DNA of 64,000 bases, taken from contig QPMI01000414.1 of assembly GCA_004431415.1 (NCBI GenBank), positions 1 to 64,000 on the forward strand. Direction: 5' to 3'. Both the position numbers and the translations under genes were made by a program. The stretch is from Cyanophora paradoxa CCMP329 (Eukaryota; Plantae; Glaucophyta). The notes beneath the pieces are model-generated. The model was not told the DNA's origin and searched no databases. It was given only the letters and a program-made list of their open reading frames with translations. Each line of letters opens with the position of its first letter. Position 1 is the first letter of the stretch. Below are positions 10,401 through 21,217 of the stretch, piece after piece.

Positions 10401-12400
10401 GAGGAGTTCGAAAGCTAGGGGGGGGAAGTGGAGAATGCTGTCGGAAAGCTGAGCCCAGGCTAGCGCAGCGTGAAGAAGCGCTAGAGGGGGGAGAGGGGGG
10501 GGGTGCAGGGACAGGGGCGGGGGCGGGGGGTGAAGGGGGAGAGTGAGAAGGTGAAGTAGGGCGGTGGTAGAGGGTGAGAGGAGGGGGCGGCGGCGATTAG
10601 TTATGAGGAGAAGGAGAAGGTACCCGGCCGCGAGGGGGGTATGGTGTGGTGGGTCTGGGGGAGGGGGAGGCAGAGCAGGAGGGGAGAAAGGCGGGGGGTC
10701 TCCTAGGAAGGAGAGGGGGAGAAGTGGGAGGGATCCGAGGAGGAAACGGGCGGAGACGCCCATCTGTGCTAGGGTGGAAAGGGCCGGAGAAGCAAGGTAG
10801 AGGTGGAGGAGGAGGAGGGCTATCGGGGTACGAGATACAGGGGTTGTGCGCGGAGGGGTGAGTCGGCGGCGACCTTGTGCGAGAAAGTCCCGGAGAGCGT
10901 GTGGGGCAGGAGCGGGGGCGAGGAGAGGGGCTGCGAGGCGGTACAAGAGGAGGAGGAGGAAGAGGAGGGGAGGAAGTAGGAAGGGGGGGGGAGTTGGAGA
11001 AGGGGGAGAGGAGCCCGGGGGAGGGGCGAGTGGGACGAGGAAAGGGGACCGGGGTCGACGTTAGAGGCAGTGCTCGGAGGAGCCAGGAGGGAGCGAAAGT
11101 GCTGACTGGGGGTAGGGAAGGGGGAGGGGGGGGAGGGAGGAAAGGGGCAGCCGGGGGCAGGGAGGGGGGCGAGAGAGAGGGGTCGCGGAGATGAAGGCGG
11201 GATGGGGACAGGGAAGAAGAAGTGATTAAGGGCGAGAAGAAGGAGGAGAGAGAGGTGTGGAAGGCGCTCGGATAGAGTGCGGCGGGAGAACCTCACGTGG
11301 GCGGGCGTTCGGTGGGGGAAGGTGAAACCGATGGGGGTAGGTTTGGGGGGGGGAGGAGGGGCGCGAGGGGCCGGGGGTGTAGAGGATATGGGGGAGCGTG
11401 GGCGGGGCAGGGAGTGCGGTGGTCGGGTTAGGGGGGTGAGGGGGTGGCGTGGGCGTTGGCGGGGCGCGGTACGTGGTACTCTGGGTGAGAGGGTGAGGGA
11501 GCGGCGTAGCGCTGGGGCGGTGTTAGTCAGGCGGGTGGCAAGGCGGGTGGAGAGGCGAAACGGTCTGGGCGGGAGTACATGAGGTGGAGAGGGGCCGGGG
11601 TCAGGCCGTGCCACGGGGGGGAGAGGAGGCGAGGCGGGTAGCCACGTCTTACGGAGGAGGACGGCGGCGTCAAAGTTACGTCGTGCTCGGGCCGTGGAGA
11701 AGGGGGCCTCAGAGGGAGGGGAGGGAGCGCGCGGACGTTGCGTGGGCGTGGCCGGGCAGAGGAGGATAAGTGTAGGGCGGGCGTGGGAGCCGTGGGATTG
11801 GGGGGGGGTGTGGGGTCTATGTCGACTGGTGTGGGGGCGGATGGCAGAGGGGGTGGGAGGGAGGGGGCCAAAAAACGGCTAAAGCGTCGGGGGTGGTGTC
11901 GGCGGGGGGCCCGGGGTGTTGGGCGGGACGTGTAGGGGGAGTAGGGGGATCTAGGTGCCCAGGGGGCGGAGAGGGTGGGGGAGGAGGGAGTAGAGGTAGT
12001 CGGGCGTGAGCGGGCGCGGCGGAGGCGGCGTCGGGCGGCTTTCGGTAGGGGGCGCCAAGTGCGTCGGCGGGAGCCTTTAGCGCGAGGGCGGGGTAGGGGG
12101 AGGGAGGGGCGCGAGGGGAGGGAATGGGAGGCGTGGGGACGACGTGAGCCGTGGGATGTAAGATCCCTAAGCGGGGCCTGCCTGGAAGGCTCGTTAGGGG
12201 ATTCATAGAGAAGGAGGGCGAGGGGGAGGAGAAGGAAGAGGATAAGGGCCCCTGTGGGGCTGTAGAGAGAGAGAGCTCTGGGCTCGAGAGAATAGGCGGG
12301 GAAAGGGGACTCGGTTGTGGCGGGTAGCGGCTCGGAGCGAGTCGATGAAGGGAGGAAAAGGAGGAGAAGGAGGAAAAGTAATCCGGGGAAAACAGAGGGA
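7291..12400 (-). CDS. Long ORF1-like or N-terminal region of the retroelement: Pro/Leu-rich, multiple hydrophobic segments, 42/44-aa repeats (frameshifted)
   Basis: Overlapping ORFs 11527-13314, 10820-11614, 9981-10946 and 8527-10371 step through the frames as serial 1-bp deletions would produce. 8527-10371 and 7291-8406 share one frame. No CCHC knuckle or RRM recognised. Confidence 0.5.
7790..9905. repeat. Tandem array of about 17 units: about 11 central 126-bp units flanked by 132-bp units
   Basis: GG(T/C)CCAGGT anchors recur at about 7889, 8021, 8153, 8285, 8411 ... 9668, 9800. Minus-strand translation is PPASPQLAPLDLRDAVGPPAAPRCARADGPGPEVTPPPSPRA. Confidence 0.95.
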
Positions 12401-12559
12401 GAGGGATAGCGCGGGTGACGTGGAGGAGGGGAATCGGAGCGCGGGAGTGAGTGGCGAGCGAGCGAGCGAGAGCGCGCGCGCCGCGGAGAGCGAACAGCAG
12501 GGGGGCATCTTACCCCGGTGAGCCTTGCGGCCCCGGGGGATCGACGCGCGGGTTGCCTA

Positions 12560-12756
12560 TCCTCGGAGAGCCGGGCCGCTCGACGACGGCGTGTGGCCCC
12601 GTGGCATCGGCGCAACGGAGGGGACCGGACGGATAGCCAAACCGCGCGACGACGGTGTAAGGCCCCGTTACATCGGTCCGTTTGTGAATTGGGGAGGGGC
12701 TTATTCACGGATAGCCAAACCGCTCGACGGCGGTGTAAGGCCCCATGACTTCGGCC
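12560..12756 (-). ncRNA. Three tandem structured RNA motifs at the element 5' end; the first partly fits an HDV-like ribozyme fold
   Basis: Sense motif GGGGCC..ACCG-YCGTCGMG-CGG..GGCT..CCG occurs three times (third copy more diverged). Copy 1 pairings: GGCCGAA/TTTGGCT, TTACA/TGTAA, CCG/CGG, TCCGT/ACGGA, with a CCGA junction. P1.1 is not evident. Confidence 0.4.
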
Positions 12757-13014
12757 AGAGCGAGGCATGCCTTTAGCGTCGGCAGCGAACGCGGATGGCA
12801 CGTCGTTCGAACGCCGGCCGCCCGCGCCCGCCACGCAGTGAAAGAGTGGTGATTTGAGAACTGCGGGGCGGGCGTGAGGCCCGGGCGGGTGGCGCGAACG
12901 ACGCGCGAGGCGGGGTGATGTCCCTTCGCAAGGGCGCATCGCACGGGGGCTTCTGCAAGCAGAAGGAGCATGGTCTGACGGTCGCCGCCCGGCTCGAATT
13001 CCGTCGCGGGCGGC

Positions 13015-16000
13015 GTGGGCTTCTTGGTGGTCCGCCGGCCCGAGAGAGGGCACGGCGCCACATCGTTCGACTCCTTCTGCACCGCTGAGCTGCGACGCCG
13101 CTTGAAATGCTTCTTGTCGGTGGCGTTGCGTCGCGAGCCTTGTTTTCGGCTCAGGTGTGCTCGGGCGGTGTCCTCCAGCTCCGTTCGGTGCCGGGAGGCT
13201 GTTTATGCTGCTGGACGATGCGCTAGCTTCCCACTTGACGGTCTTGACTTGCCTTCTATTTGGAAGCAGGCTTTCTCGGAGTGGTCTCAGCGCCAGGGCG
13301 TGTGTCAGCCTCATACCTCGCTCGAAGTTTTATCCCAACCTCTTTTCTTTAATCCCCTGTTCGATGCTCCGGGTGCCAAGGTCGACTGGAGTCGTTGTGC
13401 ACGGTCTGGCTTGCTGCGAGTCTGCGATATCTGGGATTGTACCACCCGGGGGTTTCGGGCTCCAGCAGCTGCCTCGTCCGCCCTCCATTCCTTTTTCCCT
13501 CGTCTGTGCTCCGCGCTCCCGGCAGCATGGCGCCAGGTCCTTGAGGCCCCTGCCCCGCCACCTCAGCATCTCTGGTGGTCTGGACCGGACGCCTCGGTTG
13601 CTCTCCTTCGGGGCCCGAGCGGTACTTTTGTCGCCTTCCCCGTTCGCGATAACCAGATAATTCCACGGGTGCTGGATTACGTGCCGCGTGTTCCTTGCCG
13701 CCCTGCGGCTTCCCACCCTGTGGGCCTATCCTCTAATTCAATTCTGTCTCGTTTGCTTCCGCTGCATGTTTGCTTCAGCGCTGTCTTCCTCTCTCTTCGT
13801 CGCGGGACCCTGCCTGGCCTTTTTGTTCTTGGCGCAGGCCCTTCGGCCTTTCTTTCTCTTGATAATCTTGCGTTCACTTTCGCTCGTATGCTCCCTCTCC
13901 GCCTCTCCTCTGTTCGTCGCTTCTACTGCCTTGAGGTCCAGCGGCTTCGCGATGTGTCTAGCCACGCTCAGATGCCCGATGCTAAGTGGGGGTTTCCCGG
14001 CGCCTTGTCTCCGTCCCGTCTTCCTAATCTTGTCGTCCTTCAGTGTTTCCCGATGCTTTGGATCGATGCTCTTTACCGTTTGCATTTCAAATTGTATCGT
14101 TTGGGCGAGCAACAGTCGCCCCGCCGTCGTTTCTGTCGGTTTGTAATGACGGATCTGCTCGCTCTCACGCGCACGTTTTCTCTGAGTGCCCGCTTTCTCG
14201 TTCGTTCTGGGATTTCATTCGTGAGCGCCTGAATTTCTGGGCTTCTACTCTTCCACCGGATGAGCGTGAAGAGGTCGCAGTGCCTGAGCTCTCTCTCTTC
14301 CACATCCTCTCGGTTCCGGATTTATCTGGGCCCATTTTGCGCAGTAAAGTTAACCCCGCCTTCTGCCTTCGCTCACTTGGAGCGATCCTTGCTGGCGTAT
14401 TTTCCATCCAACAGGTTGCTCGCGCTCGGTGCGATCTTGAGGAGGCTGACATTGATGCGCCTTCTTACAACCGCGCCGCGCTTGTTGCCGCCTGGGACAG
14501 AAATATGTCGTACCTCGAGTTCACCCTTTCGCAGGCTTCGGCCTTGTTGGAGGAGCGGCGCGCTCGCTTGGCTGCTGCTGACGCTGATGATCAGGCTGCC
14601 TCGGATGATGACGCACATGATTCAGAGTCTGGTACCGGTTCTCATCGTTCTAGTTCAAGCTCTGATTCTGACTCGTCCGGCGCTCCTTCTTCGGGCGGTG
14701 CTGACAACCTCGTCTCTTCGCGTGACATCGATTCTGTCCTCCGGAATCCTGCGGAGTTTGCCGTTCGTGGAATGTCCCGTTGGGGATCCCTGGTGGTCGC
14801 CCGCCTCCTGCGCCGTCCCCTCCTGCTCTGGCCCCTGTAGTGACCCTTGGGCCATTCCTATTCCTGCTCTCGCTGCCCCTCTCGACGCTCCTTTCCCCCC
14901 ATTCCCTGCGGTCCCGATCCCTGTGCTCCTTGGCCCTCTGGCCCCGCCTCTGCCTCCTCCCTCCTTACAACTTGCTGTCACGGGGCCTCTTCACTTGCCT
15001 GTTCCCCGGCAGGTCCCTGGTCATCTTGCAGCTCCATACCCCTTCTTACCTCTTCCCCTTGCTCCTCCACTTCCGCCCCTGCGAGGCCCTCTTTCTGACG
15101 TCCTCCTGGTTCAGCCCCTCTTCAGCCCATCCTTCTTGCCCCGCTTCTGCAACTGTGACGCTGGGCGGCACTATCTTTTTGCATGCCCCTCCCGCCTCTA
15201 CGTCCCCGGTCTCTTTGCGTCTGCATCCACTTTCCCGGATCCGCTTGCAGGCCCCCTCGCCTCCAGAGCTCGCCATCACTTCGGCCTCCCTCGCCTCCGC
15301 TCTCGATTCTCCATACCCTTCGAATAGCCGCCTCCTCTCTCCTCCTCCGCCCTCCCTCCCCCCCTCGAGCTCCGGGTCCTCGGCCTCTGCCCCGCTTCCG
15401 AGTGTTGGCGAGACTGTCCTCTTTTCGATCTCCCCGTCATTCCGGCTCCCTGCTCCCCCTTCGGCGCCTCGGGTCCCATCTGCGGGTCCTATCCCGCTTC
15501 CTGGCGCTCGTGAGATTCGCCGCCGGCGCCCTCGTCGGGCCCTTGCGCCCTCGAGCTCGTCTCTCTCTGCACCGCCCATGGCCATGACCTCCGTGTCATC
15601 TGATCCGGCGCCACCCGACCTTTCTCCTGCTTTGCTGCCCTCTCTTCGGCGCCGGCAGCGATCCCCGTCACCTGCTCGTGGCCCTTCCCCTGCATCCGAC
15701 CCTTCCTCGGCCCCCTCCTCGCCTCTTCCGTCTCGTCGGCCCCCGCCGCATTCCCGTCGGCGGATCTCTCGATCGACCCTGGACTCTCCGCCTGCCACTG
15801 TCTGCGGGGTACCTCCGCCGCCGTGTTCGGCGCCGGCTGTCAGTACTTTGCTCGGTAGCTCCCCCGTCGTGGCTCCTCGGGGTCCTCTTCGTCGTCGTCG
15901 TTCGCTGGGTTCCGGCTCCGGGTCAGATTTCTCGCCGGGCTTACCTTCTCCTGGCTCTGCTCCTGGGCCCTCAGCTCCGGGACCGGCTTCCCCGATCTCC

Positions 16001-16834
16001 TTCCGGACTCGTGGTCGTACCCGTCGCCGGCTTGCCGAGCCTGCGGCTCCTTCTACTTCCCCCGGCGGTTTGCCGGGCCGGACCCTCCGGCCTTTGTTCT
16101 TGATACCGGACTACCGCCTTTGTCCTTGTCTTCTGCTTCGCTGGTCGCGATCGTATCCCGCCGGCGCCGGCGTACTTCTTCGTCTTCTAGTTTAGTTCGG
16201 TCTGGTTCGGATTCTGATCGTAGTGTTGATGCTAGAGTTAGTTTCAATACTAGCTATAGTCCTCGTGCTCGACCTGTTGTTCGCCGTCGTTTGCAGTTCG
16301 ATTGCCCGCCTCGACCCCGGCCGGCTTTAGTGATTCCTTTGACTGTTCTTTTGCCTGCTCTTGATCCGCCTGCTCCGCCTCCTGTGTCCTCCTCGACCTC
16401 GTGCCGTAGCTCTGCCCTTTCGCATCGTCCTGCTTCGCCTCCGCCTCCATGTCGTCTTGTTGTTCCTCTTACTTGTCTTCTTCCTGTTATTTATCTTTCT
16501 CAATTTTGTCCCCGCTTCTTAGTGATGTAATTCCTTCTGATATTGATGGTATCTCTAGCTCTGGCTCTTCTTCGTGTCAGTTATCCTCTAGCTCTGGCTC
16601 TTCTTCGTGTCAGTTATCCTCTGTCCCTAGATCTGCTCGATTTATCGTCTCTTCTCGCAATCGATCTGTCTCGAGCTCTGTGTCTTTCCTTTTTTATTGT
16701 CGATTTTGGCTCTTTGTCTTATCTTTCTTCGTGCTCTTGTCTTAGTTATTTTGCTTTTTTGTCTCTATGCCCCCTGGGCAGCCCCCGCAGTGCTGGTGTC
16801 TAGAGACTGTGGCCGGTAATTCACCAAAAAAAAA
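13015..16834 (+). mobile_element. 5'-truncated L1/Tx1-like LINE: post-RT region, zinc-binding C-terminus, about 2-kb pyrimidine-rich 3' UTR and A tail
   Basis: LPSIWKQAFSEW, LSQPLFFNPLF and GLLRVCDIWD, then in the next frame SVC..SHAHVFSECPLSRSFW (RT-associated CCHC-type motif). Stop at 14840; A-run at 16826-16834. Confidence 0.75.
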
Positions 16835-16860
16835 TAAAATTCAGTGTATCAAGTATGCTT

Positions 16861-17138
16861 TTTTTTTCGGAGGGGACCCCGCCGGGGTCTTTTGGGTACA
16901 CAGGCACTCCTCTATCTACGTGACCGAGGAGTGCCACGCGTTAGGGGGCCATTATAGGCTCCCCCCTCTGGCTGCGCCATCGCAGTGCATTCGGCCACGT
17001 TGCCACTTTAGCGGGGTCGACGGATTACGGGGGCTCGCCCCGGCGGGCCCTATATGGCTCGAAATCCCACCGAGGGGAGTCGAACCGGGTTGTCCGCACA
17101 ACCGCACCGTGATTTCAACCGCTAGGCCATACGCGCCC
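16861..17138 (-). mobile_element. tRNA-derived SINE, 278 bp, with poly(A) tail and 16-bp target-site duplication
   Basis: TGTATCAAGTATGCTT at 16845-16860 and 17139-17154. Sense 5' end has an A box TGGCCTAGCGG and a B box GGTTCGACTCC. A 3' hairpin GACCCCGGCGGGGTC precedes the A-run. Confidence 0.92.
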
Positions 17139-17239
17139 TGTATCAAGTATGCTTATAAAAAATTTAAAGAACGACTCATGATCACCGCGCTTTCGATCAC
17201 TGGCGATTGCGAATTTGATTTGACCTTTCATCGCTTCAG

Positions 17240-20200
17240 GCGCTCCGACTTCCGTTTATGAGGCGGCGGATCTCCGGATCCTCGATTCAAACAAGCGAAT
17301 CGAGCACAGCGATCTCGACGCATCCGGAGCCACGGCAAAAAGCGCCACTGGTGAAAATTCGAATTCGAACGTGACAGCTTTCCGCCCTCACCTGAAATCG
17401 GTTTCGCTCTGTTCTGCGCATGCACAGCTATTCTCCTAGATTCCGGAGCGGATGCACACATCGAGAGCAACTTTGTCGGGCCCGGAAACGGATGCGGCGT
17501 CCGCGCGAATCCGCACGAGTGGTCGAATGACGGCTGCGCGGTCGTCAACAAGCTGATTCTCATTGGAAGACACGAGGGGATCCGATCCCAGTGTGTTCGA
17601 ATCTGTTTGCTTCGCTTGTCGAATTGATATTCGGTTGCCTCCCTCGCTCCTTTGAACACTCTGCAGGCCGTGCGACAAAGGGTTCCTGTCGCTCCACTGC
17701 TTCAGCAACGCGATCGCAGCCTGCGGCGTGGGTATCCTCGTCAAGCCCGTCCGCGCGGATGCCGGCCCTGAGCGCCCCGACAATATAATACAGTGGGTAA
17801 TTGAAATCATATGTTCTATATATATAGCTATCTCAGAGTCTCTGTGTTTAGTTTCGGTCGCATGCGCAACCTTTTTGCGCAGCTGCCAGAGGTTAATATT
17901 ACCGAGACACTGGATTCCGCGAAATTCGACAAGGCGATGGCGGGTGTCGACGATTCTGCGGTGTGCTCATGACATTCACCGTGACTGTGACACAAAATAT
18001 CTCATACCGGCGATCAGTTGAGAAAGATACACGAGATTTTATCGGCGGGCGCGGATGACGCGGATGCCGAAAGCTGTGCTGTGAGTCGCATCTCTAGATT
18101 TGCCGGACATTCTTCAATGAGATTTGACCTATCGATGTGCAGTTTGAAAAAACTAAAGCTATTTTTGGGGTCATAAAGGATCTCGGTGATTCTGCGGTAA
18201 TACCTTGTTGAATGTTGCAATGATTTATCATCAGCTTTGGGATGCTAAGCCTATCAATCGCGACGTGCAGCCTCTGGAGTTGGCAGACTTCGCTAAAATG
18301 CTGGATTTATGCGATGATTCGATGGTAATTTCTTATTTCGCGCAGACATTGAATTGACATGAACCCATTCTATCAATTATCCTTATTCACTTGCATTCTC
18401 AACAAAACCTGATCTACCAGTTCGCAGTTAAAGCAGGTAATTTCAAGTGCTGGGCAAATTATCAAGCACTTTTCACTTCAAGTTTCACGAATGAGCAAGG
18501 CAATAGCGAGTACCACTGGGCCCAGTCATTCTGCGGTGAGGAAATTGCCGATCGACCCATCTTCCGCATTTGCGTCGATCGGTCTCATGGTCGCCATCCG
18601 ACTGCAGCAGATGCAGCAAGGACGGAGGTTACTGACGAGGAAAGCAAGCTCGCGTGATGGTGGTTCTACGGTAAGCACTTGTCTGCGGTATCGGTGCTCG
18701 CTCTGTGTTCATTCGCATCTCGCGATCGCCTTCCGGATCCAGCAGCGAGGCATTGCAGAAGTCAACGATAAAGACACAGTGGGCCCTAACCATTCTTTTC
18801 TAAAATGATTCAGACATGTCAAAAGTACGTATCGCTGAAACCTGCCGAAAGCAGACCGCACCAATTGAGGAGAACACTACGGACCCCGTGGATCTCGACG
18901 ATTCCATGGTGTGCATTTGTTTCTTATGAGAAGGGGAGGCTCCAGGGTTGATCGAAAGCCGTCAGATGTCGACAACAGCGCCGTCAGCGAAGCACGACGA
19001 CTCCGAGGTAATTGCTGCTTTCGGATGTTTTCGATGAAATTATTTTGAATACGCGGACGTGCAGTTGCAGCCAGTAGCCATCATTGAGCACAATCGCGTG
19101 CTGAGTCGAGAGGGCGCCGTCGGTCTCCACATTGATACAAGGAACTTCGGGCCGAGCTCCAACTCCGGAGTCACCATTCGGAAGAACATCGTCCGCTGCC
19201 GCTCGGCCGGAGGATCCGGAGCGTGCACGGGCGTCGCATGGGCTGGCCGTCGCGAGAATGCCCAAGTCACCGAGAACAGCCTGCTCGGCTGCGGGAGGGG
19301 CATCGTCCTGTACCCCGGTGTCCTCCTGCCCTTTGTGCAGCGGACGTACGATCGGGCGTTCATCGAGCAAGCGAACACGTTCGAGGACTGTCGCAAGAAC
19401 GTCGCCATCGTCCCGGGGGACGACGAAGACCCTCCGGCGCAGCCGCAGGTACCCGCGGCAGTTGCACCAGTACTAGTGGCCGCGCCAGATATCGAGTCCA
19501 GTTCTACGATGGAGAAGGTGAGCGTTCGAAACCGATGTCTTAGTTACAAGGTTGAACTGAACCCGCTTTGAATTCTCAGATCAATAATATCGATTTGGAG
19601 AGGATAGCGCGCATGGATGTGGATTCCGCCCTCCGCGAGGTCGATTTTGGAGCCCGTTGGAGCTCGCAGGAAAACGACGGGCGGCTGCGCTGCGGGCGCT
19701 GCGCCCGCCCTGCCGACTCCGAAGTCCCGTGCCAGCACTGCGGCACGCACAACATCGCGATCGATCTTGCGGAATTCCCGGAACCCGCGTCGAATTCGGA
19801 GCCGGCTCGAGCTCGAGGTCAGCGCTAGCCCGCCTGCCTTTACGGGACCGCCAAGCAATGCTCCGAGCTCGAGAGAACCTGTCCCGGAATCCTCGAAATA
19901 TGCAAGCGAGAGGCGAAGTATCGCGCAAGCTCGAGTGGCTCGTTCGCATACCGTATCAGTTTCGAGGAGCTCCTGTGCGACATGGGGCTGAAGCCCGTGA
20001 CGTGCCCCTGTGGCAGCCGCGGAGTCAGCGGCCTGGCGTGCCGCAAGTGTGGCGACGTGACCGGAACCCTCAACTTCAGCGGGACGCCAGGCGACGCCAG
20101 CTCCAAAGTCCTGCCGCGTTTTCGTCGCTACGCCCAGACCGTGCTGGACTTTCTTCTCGGTTACTTAGTCATCCGAGGCATTCTCAGCGTGGCGCAAAGG

Positions 20201-20464
20201 ATCGGGGTGGACTTCAACGTCGCCGCGCTCCTTGCCGTCGCCGCTTTCTGCTTCTGGCAGTGGTGCAGGCAGCCGCTGTATGTCGCATGCGGTGTAGCGG
20301 GTGCCCTTATCTTTCAAACTTGCGAGCTGATCCGCTCCGTCTATAGTCGTCATATTTTCGTCGGACTAGTGCTTTTAGTAGTCGCCCTTTGCAGTAGCTT
20401 TGTTTCACCTGACGAATTTCTCTTAATTTTGCTTGCAGTGTTGTTGTGGTCATCTATTCCGTGA
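17240..20464 (+). CDS. Multi-exon gene, probably 5'-incomplete: parallel beta-helix repeats, two Cys4 zinc-ribbon motifs, C-terminal transmembrane segments
   Basis: Beta-helix-like exons (AHIESNFVGPGNGCGVR; CFSNAIAACGVGILV; IIEHNRV..VTIRKNIV..VTENSLLGCGRGIVL). In-frame splice MEK|INNIDLE. CGRC..CQHC and CPC..CRKC. Hydrophobic tail. In-frame TAG at 19826. Middle exons uncertain. Confidence 0.45.
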
Positions 20465-21217
20465 CCGAGAAACCTGACGTCGACTTATTGAGCTGAACCG
20501 TCACGGCGTAGTACATTTGGGTTTAATGGATTATGCCGCAGTGCCCTGCTATGTCGATACTATGATAGCCCAGTAGATTAATTATGATGCCATGATGGCG
20601 CAAATGTAACAACTGCATGGATTTGAAATTGCTCGACCAGAAGCGCTAGGCGTGGAGCACGTGTGCGTTCAACGGTTGTGGAAAGGGGGATGGATGGAGG
20701 AGGGCGACCGGCCGCGGGGAAACTCGTTCGAGAGGAGGATCGCGATTCGCGATCGGGGCGGCCGCTGGGCGAAGATAATTCGAATTTTTCCGAAAGGGTC
20801 TGGATGACTTGTATATATTGCCGCGGCCGGTGCACGTGGAAGAAGGTGCACGTGTATACGTATACGTCAGTCGAGCTATAGAGGCAGGGAGAGCTAGAGC
20901 GGAGATCAGTTCAAACGAATTCGACTCTCGAGCCCGCGCGGAGCTCGAGAGGCCCGGAAATTGTTTAATTAAACATATTTGAAGAGAGATCGAGATCGAT
21001 CGAGGGAGCCCGAGATTGATCGACATTGATCGACAATTGCAAATTGATCGGCGCAAGCTAGTCGATCCGGCCGAAGTCGATCCGCACGAAATTGAAACAC
21101 GAGCTCGATCGTGAGGTTCGCACGCGCGCGCGTACGCGTACGCTTTCCTTTCCTTTTCAGCGTTTTGAATTTATCACGAGCTTATCATTTTCTGCAGATC
21201 TAGATACGTGTACATCG

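Larger units (their letters stand above)
1..12760 (-). mobile_element. Very long non-LTR retrotransposon (APE-RT-RNase H); 3' end lies outside the window, 5' end approximate
   Basis: Collinear minus-strand APE, RT and RNase H motifs. Uniform C-rich sense strand with no evident introns. The reading frame is still open at position 1 (...AFFRLLQNRQVSFRLHAPT). Confidence 0.9.

Noticed and set aside
3043-12400. Programmed frameshifting or an alternative genetic code
   Set aside because: Frame breaks are mostly 1-bp losses in homopolymers, also seen in host-gene repeats, so error or decay is more likely. EMG1 uses the standard code with a TAA stop.
14780-16803. Long Pro/Ser/Arg ORFs (e.g. 471 aa)
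   Set aside because: Low-complexity pyrimidine-rich LINE 3' region with no domain motifs; open frames are expected from composition.
17060-17138. tRNA gene
   Set aside because: A/B boxes are present but I could not build a full cloverleaf; it is the head of a TSD-flanked, A-tailed SINE.
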